Shown here piece by piece: positions 28,866 to 39,135 of a stretch of 64,000 nt of DNA. The stretch is taken from NCBI GenBank assembly GCA_031258145.1, contig JAIRNI010000013.1, positions 3,774 to 67,773 of the forward strand. The letters are read 5' to 3'. The notes beneath the pieces are model-generated. The model worked only from the letters and a program-made list of their open reading frames with translations. It was not told the DNA's origin and searched no databases. This stretch comes from Holosporales bacterium (GTDB taxonomy: Bacteria; Pseudomonadota; Alphaproteobacteria; RUG11792). Position 1 is the first letter of the stretch. Each line of letters starts with the position of its first letter. Both the position numbers and the translations under genes were made by a program.

Positions 28866-29042
28866 CTAAAGGATTCGGAAATCAAACATACTTAGTACAG
28901 CATTCAGGGCCTACGCAATGGTCTGAGTATACTGTTGCAATATAATAGCACGATATTTAAAGTGGCGAAACTTCAGGGAAACCGATTAATTCTTGATATT
29001 GAGATAATAATGGAAGATTCCATTCTGAAGGTCAAAAGGATT

Positions 29043-29444
29043 TCAGCTCTCTCTATCATTTTGTTTGACATCCGATTGCCCTAGAAGACTGTTCATAATC
29101 AATGCTTCCACAAGATTGAGGATCCTGATTTTAATACTAGTATTCTCGATTCTTCTAAAGATCGATAGGAGCTTCTCTTCGAGTTCAGTTTCATGATCTG
29201 CGGGATCTTCACGGAGCTTGAAATTATTCAATATTTTCTCTGGGCTAATCTTCAGTCCTTGACATATCTTCACGAATGCCGACATGGAGATTCTATTGAC
29301 TCCGGTTTCGTATTTCTGCAACTGCTGGAAGGTGACTCCAACTACCTCGGCGAGCTGCCGCTGGGTCATCTTTAGGGCCTTACGGCGTTCCCTAATCTTT
29401 GCGCCCACAATTTCATCGGCCGTCTTTGTTTGATATTCCCCCAT
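29043..29444 (-). CDS. XRE-family helix-turn-helix transcriptional regulator
   Basis: IRERRKALKMTQRQLAEVVGVTFQQLQKYETGVNRISMSAFVKICQGLKISPEKIL is a classic Cro/C1 HTH, followed by a C-terminal extension of about 55 aa. Confidence 0.85.
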   Translation of the reverse strand: MGEYQTKTADEIVGAKIRERRKALKMTQRQLAEVVGVTFQQLQKYETGVNRISMSAFVKICQGLKISPEKILNNFKLREDPADHETELEEKLLSIFRRIENTSIKIRILNLVEALIMNSLLGQSDVKQNDRES

Positions 29445-29503
29445 ACGCCCAACAAAAAAAACGATGCTCCCTCATACTATCAGGATAACGTAAATTGAAA
29501 TAT

Positions 29504-30172
29504 TTATAAAGGGCCTTCCTTTATAAACAAGAAAAACTTACAACTTTTGACCGCCTTTTGTTCGTATCTTGTTTTTGGCCAAACAGATTCTGGAGGCCTG
29601 GATTCAGAATCCATGACCTCGATCGAAAAATGCTTTTCGAAAGGTGTGAAACATTTTTCGACCCATCCAGCATAGCCTTCATCATCAGTGGCGATCCTGC
29701 AGGATCCACCCACCTTCAGGATCCTGTGGAGTGTCACGATGGTATCACTTTGTATAAACCGTCTCTTCATGTGTTTCCTTTTAGGCCACGGATCCGGGAA
29801 TAGCAGGAAGACACCATCGATGCATTTGTCGGGGATTTCATGGAGTAATTTCCTGGCGTCTCCTTGAAATATCTTCAAATTTGCGAGGTTTAGTTGTTCT
29901 ATTTTCGTTAATAGTGAGGCGATCCCATTAATGAACATCTCACATCCTACGAATAATTTACTTGAGTTTAGGGAGGCTAATTGCGCCAAATGCTCCCCAC
30001 TGCCAAATCCAATCTCGAGGAATACATCTCGATAAGCAATGTCGATTTCACGGAATGCCGTTATAGAAACCCGTTGGAATAAAAATTCAAACAATTCTGA
30101 CTGTTTTTTGGTGAGAGCTCTGCTCTTGAGTCTCCCATAAAACTTCTCATCTGGGTGGTCTATTCTTTCCAT
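29504..30172 (-). CDS. trmB: tRNA (guanine46-N7)-methyltransferase
   Basis: LEIGFGSGEHLAQLA and LLFPDPWPKRKHMKRRF. Confidence 0.92.
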   Translation of the reverse strand: MERIDHPDEKFYGRLKSRALTKKQSELFEFLFQRVSITAFREIDIAYRDVFLEIGFGSGEHLAQLASLNSSKLFVGCEMFINGIASLLTKIEQLNLANLKIFQGDARKLLHEIPDKCIDGVFLLFPDPWPKRKHMKRRFIQSDTIVTLHRILKVGGSCRIATDDEGYAGWVEKCFTPFEKHFSIEVMDSESRPPESVWPKTRYEQKAVKSCKFFLFIKEGPL

Positions 30173-30786
30173 ATAAGCATGCGGAGGAAATCATTGAATG
30201 TTTTATCGATTTTGAGATTGAGGCCAGCGAGACGCGCCGTGTCTTTTATATACATAACGAAGACGTTAAATACATCCTCCTGGACATCATTATCACTCAA
30301 GGCTGCTATGGCCCCACTCGGTAGTGTTCGTCCAACGCTTTGTATCACGATCTCGTATCCATTATTCCCGACCCTATCAATACTGATTTCATCTCCAATC
30401 TTGCATGTTTTCATCATAATATACAGGGCCCCACAGACAACCTTTTCCTTGGGGGAATTCACGATATTACGCAAAATGTTGTTTTTATCTGAGAGGACGA
30501 GTTGCGTGGCCTTAAACAGATCGATTACTATATTAACCAAGCATTCGACGTCCCCATTACTCAGGTATATATTCCTGAAGAACCGTAAAGTCAGGGAAAG
30601 ACAGTCTATCCCGCGGCATAACTCCATGAATTCATCATCTTTTCTCTCAGATAAATCATCACGAAGAAACTGAATGACACTCAAATGATTCGCAAGTTCA
30701 TGACAAATCTTGGCGACCGTTAACCTTGTATGCTTCAATGATCCCCCGACGTTCAATCTAAGCAATGCTGCAAACTCAGACGTCAA
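30160..30786 (-). CDS. Histidine phosphotransferase, ChpT-like
   Basis: ICHELANHLSVIQFLRDDL resembles the ICHDLxxPxGAI H-box of alphaproteobacterial ChpT/HPTransfase proteins. Length about 208 aa; overlaps the trmB start by 13 nt. Non-ATG start at 30786. Confidence 0.65.
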   Translation of the reverse strand: MTSEFAALLRLNVGGSLKHTRLTVAKICHELANHLSVIQFLRDDLSERKDDEFMELCRGIDCLSLTLRFFRNIYLSNGDVECLVNIVIDLFKATQLVLSDKNNILRNIVNSPKEKVVCGALYIMMKTCKIGDEISIDRVGNNGYEIVIQSVGRTLPSGAIAALSDNDVQEDVFNVFVMYIKDTARLAGLNLKIDKTFNDFLRMLIWKE

Positions 30787-31007
30787 AGTAATCGATTAAG
30801 TGAAATAATGCAAGGAGCATCTGTCGATAATACCAGGGCCTACGCATGAGAACTTTTCTTGAGACATTCAATTAGATGCTTAACAGACATTGTGTTTCAT
30901 CTCACAATCGATCTAACAGATCTACCCTTTTTATCCTTCGCTTTATCTAAGATCTCCAATGCCAATTTCCTCAAATTATATGCCTGTTAAATGGTTTGAG
31001 TATACAA

Positions 31008-32132
31008 TCAAACTCTCGTCGATATATCTTTGAAGACAGTCGCTAAGATTACGGCCACAGGTATGGAGAGGAATATTCCCATCGTACCCAAGACGGATAT
31101 TGAAGCGCATATTGAGAATAATAACCATGCCGGGGGGATCCCAATTTTTTGTCCAATGAATTTGGGAGTAATAAAGTTGGAATCCAACAACGGGATGATG
31201 ACATACAAACAACATGTGAGTATGTATTGGTGCGGAAGGAACTCATCTATCGCCATCACCAACGTAATGAAAAGACTAATCAATGGACCGAAGAAGGGCG
31301 CAAACGATAAGAGCCCAGAAAGGATTCCGCACATGAAATAATCATCGAGCCCTAGGCAGCACAATCCGATCGTATATAGGACGGCCAATAGGCAACACAC
31401 CAGGAGCTGGCTTTTGATGTATTTGCCAAGATTCGCATTGATACTCCGCAGCAGGTTGATGACTGTGGGCGATACCGTCCTTTCCAAAATAGATTTAATA
31501 GAAACCGTCATCTTATCCCAGTCTTTCAGAAGATAGAAAACCAGGATTGGAATGATGACGATAAAGAACATGGAATGCACCATCGCCACACTAGTGTTGA
31601 TAATATTCATCAAATAATTTGGCCATATTTTTGTGATTTCGCTGAGATAATTCTGTAAATTCACGCCAATATCAAATGATTTATTAATACCAATTGCGGA
31701 TAGTATTTTCGTAAGAAAATCATTGATGAAATCCGGCAATGACGTCAGCAAAATCGGAAGCTTTTTAAATAACACTAGAAGTGAGTTTTTGGTGATTGGA
31801 ATGAAGCAGGTAATAAATAATGTGAATATAGTAATAAGCAATATAACGACGATCCCCGCTGAGACCGATTGAGAAACGTGAAGCAATTTTGAAGTATTGC
31901 GTACCGGAACGTGAAGAATATAAGCCAGTATCAGCGACACCACAAATGGAATCAACGAACTCCCCATCGCGTAACACAACGCGACGATTCCAATCAACAA
32001 TATGGAGATCAAAACGTACTTCGTCTGGTAAACTTTCCTATCGGCCATATCCAAATTTCCCAACGGCGGTACCGTTAGAGTATACAAAAACAGCTGGAAA
32101 CAAGCCAGAGGTACGATGTATATTATACTCAA
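31008..32132 (-). CDS. AI-2E family transporter (PerM/UPF0118)
   Basis: About 8 TM, LLSFAPFFGPLISLFITLVMA and ILAYILHVPV. An alternative start is ATG 32048 (MADRKVYQTKY). Confidence 0.85.
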   Translation of the reverse strand: MSIIYIVPLACFQLFLYTLTVPPLGNLDMADRKVYQTKYVLISILLIGIVALCYAMGSSLIPFVVSLILAYILHVPVRNTSKLLHVSQSVSAGIVVILLITIFTLFITCFIPITKNSLLVLFKKLPILLTSLPDFINDFLTKILSAIGINKSFDIGVNLQNYLSEITKIWPNYLMNIINTSVAMVHSMFFIVIIPILVFYLLKDWDKMTVSIKSILERTVSPTVINLLRSINANLGKYIKSQLLVCCLLAVLYTIGLCCLGLDDYFMCGILSGLLSFAPFFGPLISLFITLVMAIDEFLPHQYILTCCLYVIIPLLDSNFITPKFIGQKIGIPPAWLLFSICASISVLGTMGIFLSIPVAVILATVFKDISTRV

Positions 32133-32230
32133 CCCAGTTGGCAGCCATTATGGCTGATGCATTAATTATACTCATACAATTTGATAAACACTTATGAGCT
32201 TATCGATTTGTATGAATATATTGGGATTCT

Positions 32231-33262
32231 TTAGATAATACTGCTCAGTAGCTTTGCCGTATAATCAACGAGAGTGATGACTCTGTCGTATTTCATTCTC
32301 GCGGGGCCCAACACTCCAATCGCCCCAACCACCTTCTTGTTGGCGTCGCTATATGGAGAAACTATCATCGAGCACCCGGATATTTCGAACATCTTCGTCT
32401 CGGCGCCGATGAATATCTGGACTCCCTGACCCAGGATCGATTGATCGAGTATATGTTTCAACTTCTTTTTTTCATCCAGTTCTTTGAGGAGGTCTTTTAG
32501 ATCATTTATCTCGCAGGTATGGGAGACGAGGGTAGAATGTCCCTTGACTATTATGTTCTCTTCGTCACTTTCCTTGATGATTTCAATCCCACTATCGATG
32601 ATGTATTGAGTCAACTTATCGATGCCATCCTCATGGCAGAGAACCTGATCCTGGATACTGTTCCTTATCTCGTCGAGCGTCATCCCAGTCAATTTCGAAT
32701 TTATATACCTCGTTGCTTGTTCTAATATACTTGCGGATACATTCAACGGAACTTCGATCAATCTATTTTCAACGCATCCGTTTTCCGTGACGATGACGAC
32801 GATTACTCGGCCTGGATTAAGTAAAACGAACTCAATGTGCTTGATCTTGGAGTTTTCGGTGGGCGTCATGATGAGGCTCACACAATTTGAGAGTCCAGAT
32901 AAGATATCCGTCGCACGTTCCAGGACGGATTCTAGGCTTTTCCCAGTCGAATTATCCTTTATTTCCGCGATGGTCTGGCGTTCCAGATCGGATATATCGG
33001 CCGCCTCCACCAACACATTTACAAAAAGCCTCCAGCCTTTATCGGTTGGTTTCCGGCCTGAGGAGGTATGTTCTGAGCAGATGATGCCCATTTCCTCGAG
33101 ATCAGACATAACGTTCCTGATGGTTGCTGGAGACAATGGATTCGGCAGGTTCTTTGAGATCATCCGTGATCCAACGGGCTCTCCAGTTTCAATATAAATA
33201 TCGACTAGCTTTTTGAATATCTCAATGTATCGTTTATTATTTGGTACGCTGACTTGAGACAT
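32231..33262 (-). CDS. hrcA: Heat-inducible transcription repressor HrcA
   Basis: N-terminal winged helix IFKKLVDIYIETGEPVGSRMISK, length 343 aa. No grpE is adjacent. Confidence 0.92.
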   Translation of the reverse strand: MSQVSVPNNKRYIEIFKKLVDIYIETGEPVGSRMISKNLPNPLSPATIRNVMSDLEEMGIICSEHTSSGRKPTDKGWRLFVNVLVEAADISDLERQTIAEIKDNSTGKSLESVLERATDILSGLSNCVSLIMTPTENSKIKHIEFVLLNPGRVIVVIVTENGCVENRLIEVPLNVSASILEQATRYINSKLTGMTLDEIRNSIQDQVLCHEDGIDKLTQYIIDSGIEIIKESDEENIIVKGHSTLVSHTCEINDLKDLLKELDEKKKLKHILDQSILGQGVQIFIGAETKMFEISGCSMIVSPYSDANKKVVGAIGVLGPARMKYDRVITLVDYTAKLLSSII

Positions 33263-33319
33263 ACTCTCCTAGTGCTATCGATACTTCAACCATATATAAA
33301 TTCTAGCGCACAAAAATTA

Positions 33320-34138
33320 TTAAGTACAATCTTTCTGTTCCAATAGACACCCCCCCACTCGGATCGTTTGTATATTCCGGCACAATCCATCTGGATTAAC
33401 ATCGATCATGACGCCGCATACCGTTGCCTCCTTTTGCGCGGGTTGCATCCTGGCGGTCGCGTGAATCTTATGGGTAAACCTCTTGATGGCAGCGTCTTCG
33501 TCCATCCCAATGACGGAATCATAGTCGCCACACATCCCACAATCCGATAGATAGCCCGTACCATGCTTGAGGATGCGGAGATCTGAAGTCGGAACGTGGG
33601 TGTGGGTTCCGATGACGGCCGTCACTCTGCCGTCCAAATATCTTGCGAGAGCCGTCTTCTCGGCCGTCGCCTCAGCGTGAAAATCGATGAGAATAGCATC
33701 GACCACACGGCCTAGACTGTATGATTTGAGGAATTCATTGATGATATTGAATGGATCGTCATTAAATTCCATAAAGAGCCGTCCCATCAAATTGATAACC
33801 AAGACACTTTGCCCTGAAAACGGGAGCTTAACGATGGTGTATCCTTTTCCTGGAGTGCCGCTGGGATAATTCATCGGGCGTACTAGTCTCAATTCCCGAT
33901 CAAACAACTGCATATCTTCTTTTTGATCGAACGTGTGATTGCCCAATGTTATGGCATTGACTCCGGCCTCAAAGAATTGATCACATATCTTTTGAGTAAT
34001 TCCAAAACCATGTGCTGCATTCTCAGCGTTGACTATCACGCAATCAATCTTAAGGCTGCTTTTATTGGTTTTAATATACTTCGTCACCGCATCGCGCCCG
34101 GATTTGCCGACGATATCTCCAAAAAACGCGATCCTCAA
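33320..34138 (-). CDS. YmdB-like metallophosphoesterase (TIGR00282 family)
   Basis: MRIAFFGDIVGKSGRDAV, VIVNAENAAHGFGIT, LGNHTFDQ, GTHTHVPT. Confidence 0.9.
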   Translation of the reverse strand: MRIAFFGDIVGKSGRDAVTKYIKTNKSSLKIDCVIVNAENAAHGFGITQKICDQFFEAGVNAITLGNHTFDQKEDMQLFDRELRLVRPMNYPSGTPGKGYTIVKLPFSGQSVLVINLMGRLFMEFNDDPFNIINEFLKSYSLGRVVDAILIDFHAEATAEKTALARYLDGRVTAVIGTHTHVPTSDLRILKHGTGYLSDCGMCGDYDSVIGMDEDAAIKRFTHKIHATARMQPAQKEATVCGVMIDVNPDGLCRNIQTIRVGGCLLEQKDCT

Positions 34139-34182
34139 GATATACTAACCCCCAATTCTTTTTGTGGATGAGTATAGCCCCC

Positions 34183-35763
34183 TCATCCGCATATTTTTTC
34201 TACCTGAGCATCGTATATCTCGGTATGTGCCATGGCCTGCATCTTTTTGTAATTACGATTAAATTCGGCCGCAATCTTTTTGGCCGACAGCTCATTGCGT
34301 ATCTCATCGTTTGTTGTTGGTGCTGCGGGTGGAACTGTCTCTCCCACATACATAAAGATCGTAATCTTATTTTCATCATCTAATGACCGAAGCATTGCTG
34401 GTTTGTGTGTCCCTTTAGAGCGACTAACCAACTCTAATTCATAGGGATTGGGCGAGTTGATGTCTTGTTTCTCGCAAACTATCTTATATTTCTTACAGCA
34501 TGCTTCGTACTGTTCCGGCGTCTCACATTGCGCTATCTCCTTCGAGGCTTCGTTGAGTCTTGCGATATCCTTCTGCGTCAGAAACCCTCCCTGGAACTGA
34601 ATATCAGAACGCAATACATGATACGTGGCCCTAGACATTCCAACATGCCCCGGCTCTGCAATGTCCTCGATGTAAACTATCTTATAGCCAGTTTTAGTTT
34701 CGATGATGACGGTTCTCGCGCCAGGAGACTTTCCTTTCACAGCCGCTAAAACTGCTTTCTCTATTAGTGACTCCCTAAGCGATCCTAAATCTCCAATATC
34801 TCCAGTATAAGTTCCTTGCGACATGGATTCAGACAATACAAGGAAATCAAATCCTTCCTGCAGTAGTTTCAAGACGGCCTCAGCGCACTGTCTCGCCTTC
34901 TGCCGACTGGATTCATTATCAACTCTAAAGAAGATTTCCCGTAGATGATATCGCCTATACTTAATATCATTCGTCTCCTTGCGCTTGGCTTCAACCAACT
35001 CCTGCTCACTAACTTTACCAGCTCCGCCTATGAGTTGAACGATGCATTGAAGCAGCATTCGTGACTTCATCTGTCTCTTAAATATTTCCATGCTGATACC
35101 GCATTCTTTAAACTTAGCCTTCAATTCATCGAGTGTCATTGAATTAGCGGCCGCTATTTGATGTACTCTATTCATTACTTCAATATCAGAAACTTTGATG
35201 CTGTATAACCTGGCGTATTGCTGCTGTAAGAGCATGTCGGTCATTGCCTTCACGACCTGAGGAGCCATTAACTTCACGTTTCCTTTGTCATACTTTTTGC
35301 CGGAAGAAAAGAAGATGAATTTAATCCAATTTATGACGTCTATATTCGTAACAACTTCGTTGTTTACCTTTGCAACCACGAAGCAGTCCTTCTGCGAATC
35401 GGCAACCGTTGTAAAACTCTTACCCTTAGAAGCCTTCCGTTTACTATGCCTACTCACGACGGCCAGAGCTCGTAGTGCACTGGATCCCCCGCTGTTGGTC
35501 AAGCTGGTGTATTCAGATTGGTTTTCTTGAAGCACATTTAATTCAGTGACGGACTTCCCTAGCTGCTTCGTATTAAATTCATTTCCATTATTGGGCATGG
35601 GGATAATCTTGAATGAATCCTCATTCTTATCCTTAGGGAGCTGCTTCGAGGCTTGATCACTCGTCTGGTTCGACGCAATCGAAGAAGAACAGGCCCCTGT
35701 CACCATATCTATGATGGCAAAAAACAGGAGAGATAAAAACAAACGGACAGTGACTGAATTCAT
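34183..35763 (-). CDS. Periplasmic chaperone/peptidyl-prolyl isomerase (SurA/PpiC-type)
   Basis: Signal peptide, SurA-N-like region (VVAKVNNEVVTNIDVINWI) and a parvulin domain (HLREIFFRVD...DIGDLGSL...GYKIVYIEDI). Confidence 0.8.
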   Translation of the reverse strand: MNSVTVRLFLSLLFFAIIDMVTGACSSSIASNQTSDQASKQLPKDKNEDSFKIIPMPNNGNEFNTKQLGKSVTELNVLQENQSEYTSLTNSGGSSALRALAVVSRHSKRKASKGKSFTTVADSQKDCFVVAKVNNEVVTNIDVINWIKFIFFSSGKKYDKGNVKLMAPQVVKAMTDMLLQQQYARLYSIKVSDIEVMNRVHQIAAANSMTLDELKAKFKECGISMEIFKRQMKSRMLLQCIVQLIGGAGKVSEQELVEAKRKETNDIKYRRYHLREIFFRVDNESSRQKARQCAEAVLKLLQEGFDFLVLSESMSQGTYTGDIGDLGSLRESLIEKAVLAAVKGKSPGARTVIIETKTGYKIVYIEDIAEPGHVGMSRATYHVLRSDIQFQGGFLTQKDIARLNEASKEIAQCETPEQYEACCKKYKIVCEKQDINSPNPYELELVSRSKGTHKPAMLRSLDDENKITIFMYVGETVPPAAPTTNDEIRNELSAKKIAAEFNRNYKKMQAMAHTEIYDAQVEKICG

Positions 35764-36121
35764 ACGAGTGGTAATATTTGAAACGCCTTGCTAGGGGAGA
35801 GTGTAGCATACTTCTCGCGATGGCCTGCATAAATTGTTGTGAGCCGCTTCTCACAGGTTGGCTTTATTTAGCCTAGTTCAACTCAACTAAGTAATTGATC
35901 GCTCGTGGATCCGTGTACGTGGTTACAGAATTGCGCGAGTTTAGTATAGCTAAACGCTTAAAAGTGATATCTCCAGGGGTACTGGCATGTCTGAGGATGA
36001 GATACTGGCACATAACAAGAAGAGATATCCAGACGATCTGGTCACAGCTATAACATATGGTATGATGTTTATCTTATGAGGGATTTTAGAATGCTTTGGA
36101 TGTTGAGGAGTTGATAGCGTG

Positions 36122-36913
36122 ATGAGTTTTAGAATTATCTCGAGTTTGGCGGTTGCCTTGATCTTAGCATCCTGCTCGAGCAATCGGGATAGACGTGCAC
36201 CTGAGGTCATTCAAATCGAGAGGTTAGAGCCATACCATATCGTAGAGGATGGAGATACCGTTGGCTCGATCGCCGCCAAATACGAAATGTCTCGAGCCGA
36301 TCTCATTAAACTCAATCGATTGAGCCCACCGTACCACCTCTATCTCGGACAACGGTTAATCATCATCCTGAAGCCAGATGGCCACAGGGATGTGGGTCAA
36401 AGACTAGAGAAAGAAAATTCCCCGATAGAGCCGGCAGAAGAAAAAAAGGAAGAGGAGCTCACGATTGACGATATCAACACCGGAGATTCGAAGCCCGCGA
36501 ATGTTCAGGAAGAAAGCCCCCCACCTTCAGATTATATTTGGCCGATAGCCGATGGAAAGTCCAAGATATCGCAGCCGTTCACTGATGGGGGCATCATGCT
36601 CAGTGCCTCAGCCGGGACCCCGGTGCGTGCCATAGCCGATGGGGTCGTTTTGATTGCGGGACGTCCGGAGGGTGATGCCGCGGCGTATGGCATCACTATC
36701 GTCGTTAAACACAAGGCCAAGAATACCATATCGATCTACGCAAACCTTCAGGAGGTTAATGTTAATGTCGGAGAGAAAGTCAAACAGGGCAAAATAATTG
36801 GTAAGGTTGGGAAGAGTGGGACAATTACCACGAAACCACAGTTATATTTGGAGATTAATACAGTATCTGGCAGTGATCGCCAGCCTATTGATCCCAAAAA
36901 AGTTCTTCCGTAA
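36122..36913 (+). CDS. LysM + M23 peptidase lipoprotein (NlpD-like)
   Basis: Lipobox LILASC, LysM YHIVEDGDTVGSIAAKYEMSRADLIKLN, and M23 GIMLSASAGTPVRAIADGVV...ISIYANL...GKVGKSG...PQLYLEI. Confidence 0.88.
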   Translation: MSFRIISSLAVALILASCSSNRDRRAPEVIQIERLEPYHIVEDGDTVGSIAAKYEMSRADLIKLNRLSPPYHLYLGQRLIIILKPDGHRDVGQRLEKENSPIEPAEEKKEEELTIDDINTGDSKPANVQEESPPPSDYIWPIADGKSKISQPFTDGGIMLSASAGTPVRAIADGVVLIAGRPEGDAAAYGITIVVKHKAKNTISIYANLQEVNVNVGEKVKQGKIIGKVGKSGTITTKPQLYLEINTVSGSDRQPIDPKKVLP

Positions 36914-36972
36914 CATCTGGATGCTTGTTAAACTACTATAAGTTTTTACGTGTTTTTTTATCAGGAAGAATT

Positions 36973-37497
36973 ATGCAGGTATGCAAAATGTTCCGCATGT
37001 TGGGTGCCTTGGCAGTCTGTTCACCTCTGGTGATGGCGGATCCGCCGGCACAATCAAGCAACGGGTTCATGTCTCTTTTGCCGATGCTAGCCTTCATCGC
37101 CATACTCTATTTCCTATTGATTAGACCTCAGCAGAAGAGAACGAAACAGCATCAGGCGTTGGTTGCATCCGTCAAGAAGGGGGATAAGGTTGTGACTAAT
37201 AGCGGCATAATAGCCGTGGTTTCCAAGGTGGTCAGTGATCAGGAAATCGTTCTCGAGATCGCCGATGGCGTGCATTGCAGGTTCTATAAGTCGTCGATAG
37301 CGAATATCGTCAACATGAATGAGAGTGCGCCTCAGGGACAACCCAATAATGTTGCGGCCATTTCTGATGAGAGAAAAGCAGCCCAGAAGCCTCCTGCCGA
37401 TGCGGGACCGTTAGCAACAAAAACGACCTCTAGTAAGAAGGATGATAAACCTGTATCCGGGGTAAGGAAGAAGGCGCCGATCAAGAAAGACAGTTAA
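36973..37497 (+). CDS. yajC: Preprotein translocase subunit YajC (with extended basic tail)
   Basis: LPMLAFIAILYFLLIRPQQKRTKQHQALVASVKKGDKVVTNSGIIAVV. ATG 36973 follows aggaag. Confidence 0.88.
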   Translation: MQVCKMFRMLGALAVCSPLVMADPPAQSSNGFMSLLPMLAFIAILYFLLIRPQQKRTKQHQALVASVKKGDKVVTNSGIIAVVSKVVSDQEIVLEIADGVHCRFYKSSIANIVNMNESAPQGQPNNVAAISDERKAAQKPPADAGPLATKTTSSKKDDKPVSGVRKKAPIKKDS

Positions 37498-37512
37498 TGG
37501 AGATCGCACATA

Positions 37513-39111
37513 ATGCTTGTTGTTTCTAGATTTAGAATAGTATTTACCGTCGCGATCTGCCTCTTGGGGCTGCTGTTTGCGATGCCTTCTCTGGTGGACC
37601 AAAAGACCTTCGATAGATTGCCGGCGTTTTTGCAGCACACCGTGAATCTCGGGCTAGAACTGCGGGGTGGTTCTCACATCCAGCTTGAGGTCGATATCAA
37701 GACGGTCGCCAAGGAACACCAGGAGAGCATTGTAGACGAGACGAGGAAGCAACTCAGGAAGAATAACATTAAGTATAGCAGAATATCAGTTCAGGTTACT
37801 GAAAAAGGATCATCGATTTTGATTGTACTGAATGATGCAAACAATGTCTCGGATGTCACGAAGATTTTATCGAAGATAGAGCCGGAGCTGGAGATTACTT
37901 CGAATGCAACCACGATCACGGCTGTTCTTTCTGAAGCTTTTTTCGAGAAGTTCGCGAAACGGATAGTAGAAGAATCGATTGAAGTCATCAGACACAGGAT
38001 CGATGAATCCGGCACTAAGGAGCCGACGATACTGAGGCAGGGAAGTGACAGGATCACTGTTCAGCTGCCGGGCGTAGATAACCCAGATGAAATCAAGAAG
38101 TTACTCGGCAAAACAGCGATCTTGACGTTTCACGGTGTGGATGAGGACATGCAGTCTATCAAGGTCGAGGATGACGCGAGAGTTCACCTCCCCACTAAAC
38201 CGGGGGTCATGTATCTACCGGAAGACAAGGGAGACGGCACCAAGATCTACGTCCCCATCAAAAAGCAGATATCCCTGACGGGGAAATCGCTAGTCGACGC
38301 TCAGATGGGGATCGATCAGCAGACGGGACTGCCGTGTGTGAATATTAAATTCGATTCAATGGAGGGCACGCGTAAGATAGCCGAGCTTTCCAAGAAGTAT
38401 CTTAACAAGCAGTTTGCGATGGTGCTTGATGGGGTCGTGTTGTGTGCTCCGGTATTCCGGGCCGTCTTAACGGATGGCTCTGCACAGATTTCTGGGCATT
38501 TCACGATGGAGGAAGCCACCGAGTTGGCCCTGCTGTTGAGGGCGGGCTCACTTCCGGCGCCCCTTAATGTTGTTGAGGAGCGGAGCGTTGGCCCCAGTCT
38601 CGGAGCGGATTCTATCGCGGACGGTAAGAACGCCACGATATTCGCTTTCATATTGGTATCGTTATTCATGATCCTTTCCTACGGGTTATTCGGATTCTTT
38701 TCGGTGATCTCGCTGTCGTGCAATATCATGCTATTATTCGCGTGTTTGACGTTACTCGGTGCGACGCTGACACTGCCCGGGATCGCCGGGATCGCGTTGA
38801 CGATTGGAATGGCCGTCGATTCGAATGTGCTCATTTACGAACGAATACGAGAGGAGGTACGGGCCGGCATTAGAGCAACCATCGCGATCACAAAGGGATA
38901 CAAGATGGCCATGATGACCATTTTGGATTCCAACCTCACGACTCTCGTTGGTTCGATCGTCCTGTATGAGTTTGGATCAGGGCCGATCAAAGGGTTCGCC
39001 GTGACGTTGGCTCTCGGCACCGTGATCTCTCTGTTCACGACGTTTTCTCTGACGAAGTCCATCATCGCGCTTTGGATGAAAAGAAATAAGCACAGAGAAG
39101 TCGTAATATGA
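37513..39111 (+). CDS. secD: Protein translocase subunit SecD
   Basis: 532 aa with LGLELRGGSHIQLEVD, a periplasmic P1 domain and C-terminal 6 TM (IAGIALTIGMAVDSNVLIYERIREE). Confidence 0.95.
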   Translation: MLVVSRFRIVFTVAICLLGLLFAMPSLVDQKTFDRLPAFLQHTVNLGLELRGGSHIQLEVDIKTVAKEHQESIVDETRKQLRKNNIKYSRISVQVTEKGSSILIVLNDANNVSDVTKILSKIEPELEITSNATTITAVLSEAFFEKFAKRIVEESIEVIRHRIDESGTKEPTILRQGSDRITVQLPGVDNPDEIKKLLGKTAILTFHGVDEDMQSIKVEDDARVHLPTKPGVMYLPEDKGDGTKIYVPIKKQISLTGKSLVDAQMGIDQQTGLPCVNIKFDSMEGTRKIAELSKKYLNKQFAMVLDGVVLCAPVFRAVLTDGSAQISGHFTMEEATELALLLRAGSLPAPLNVVEERSVGPSLGADSIADGKNATIFAFILVSLFMILSYGLFGFFSVISLSCNIMLLFACLTLLGATLTLPGIAGIALTIGMAVDSNVLIYERIREEVRAGIRATIAITKGYKMAMMTILDSNLTTLVGSIVLYEFGSGPIKGFAVTLALGTVISLFTTFSLTKSIIALWMKRNKHREVVI

Positions 39112-39135
39112 GAAATAGTTATATAAGGAGATAGT

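Noticed and set aside
30979-31032. Mini-ORFs starting in the TATACTCA-family motif (MPVKWFEYT.., MAVKWSEYMPE, MVVKWFRYT.., MAANWFEYN.., MIVKWSGYT..)
   Set aside because: Differences between copies fall on first and second codon positions (cct/gct/gtt/att; ttt/tct/agt; gag/agg/ggg). Lengths range from 11 to 41 aa with unrelated tails, and two copies lack the ATG. Conservation is at the nucleotide level, not the protein level.
33263-33319. CIRCE element upstream of hrcA
   Set aside because: Only a half-site-like atagcacta (7/9) is present. The position 9 nt away shows no matching inverted arm.
35985-36010. Sigma-54-type promoter (ctggcacataacaag) upstream of the LysM/M23 gene
   Set aside because: TGGCAC is present, but the -12 element TTGC at the required 5-nt spacing is absent.
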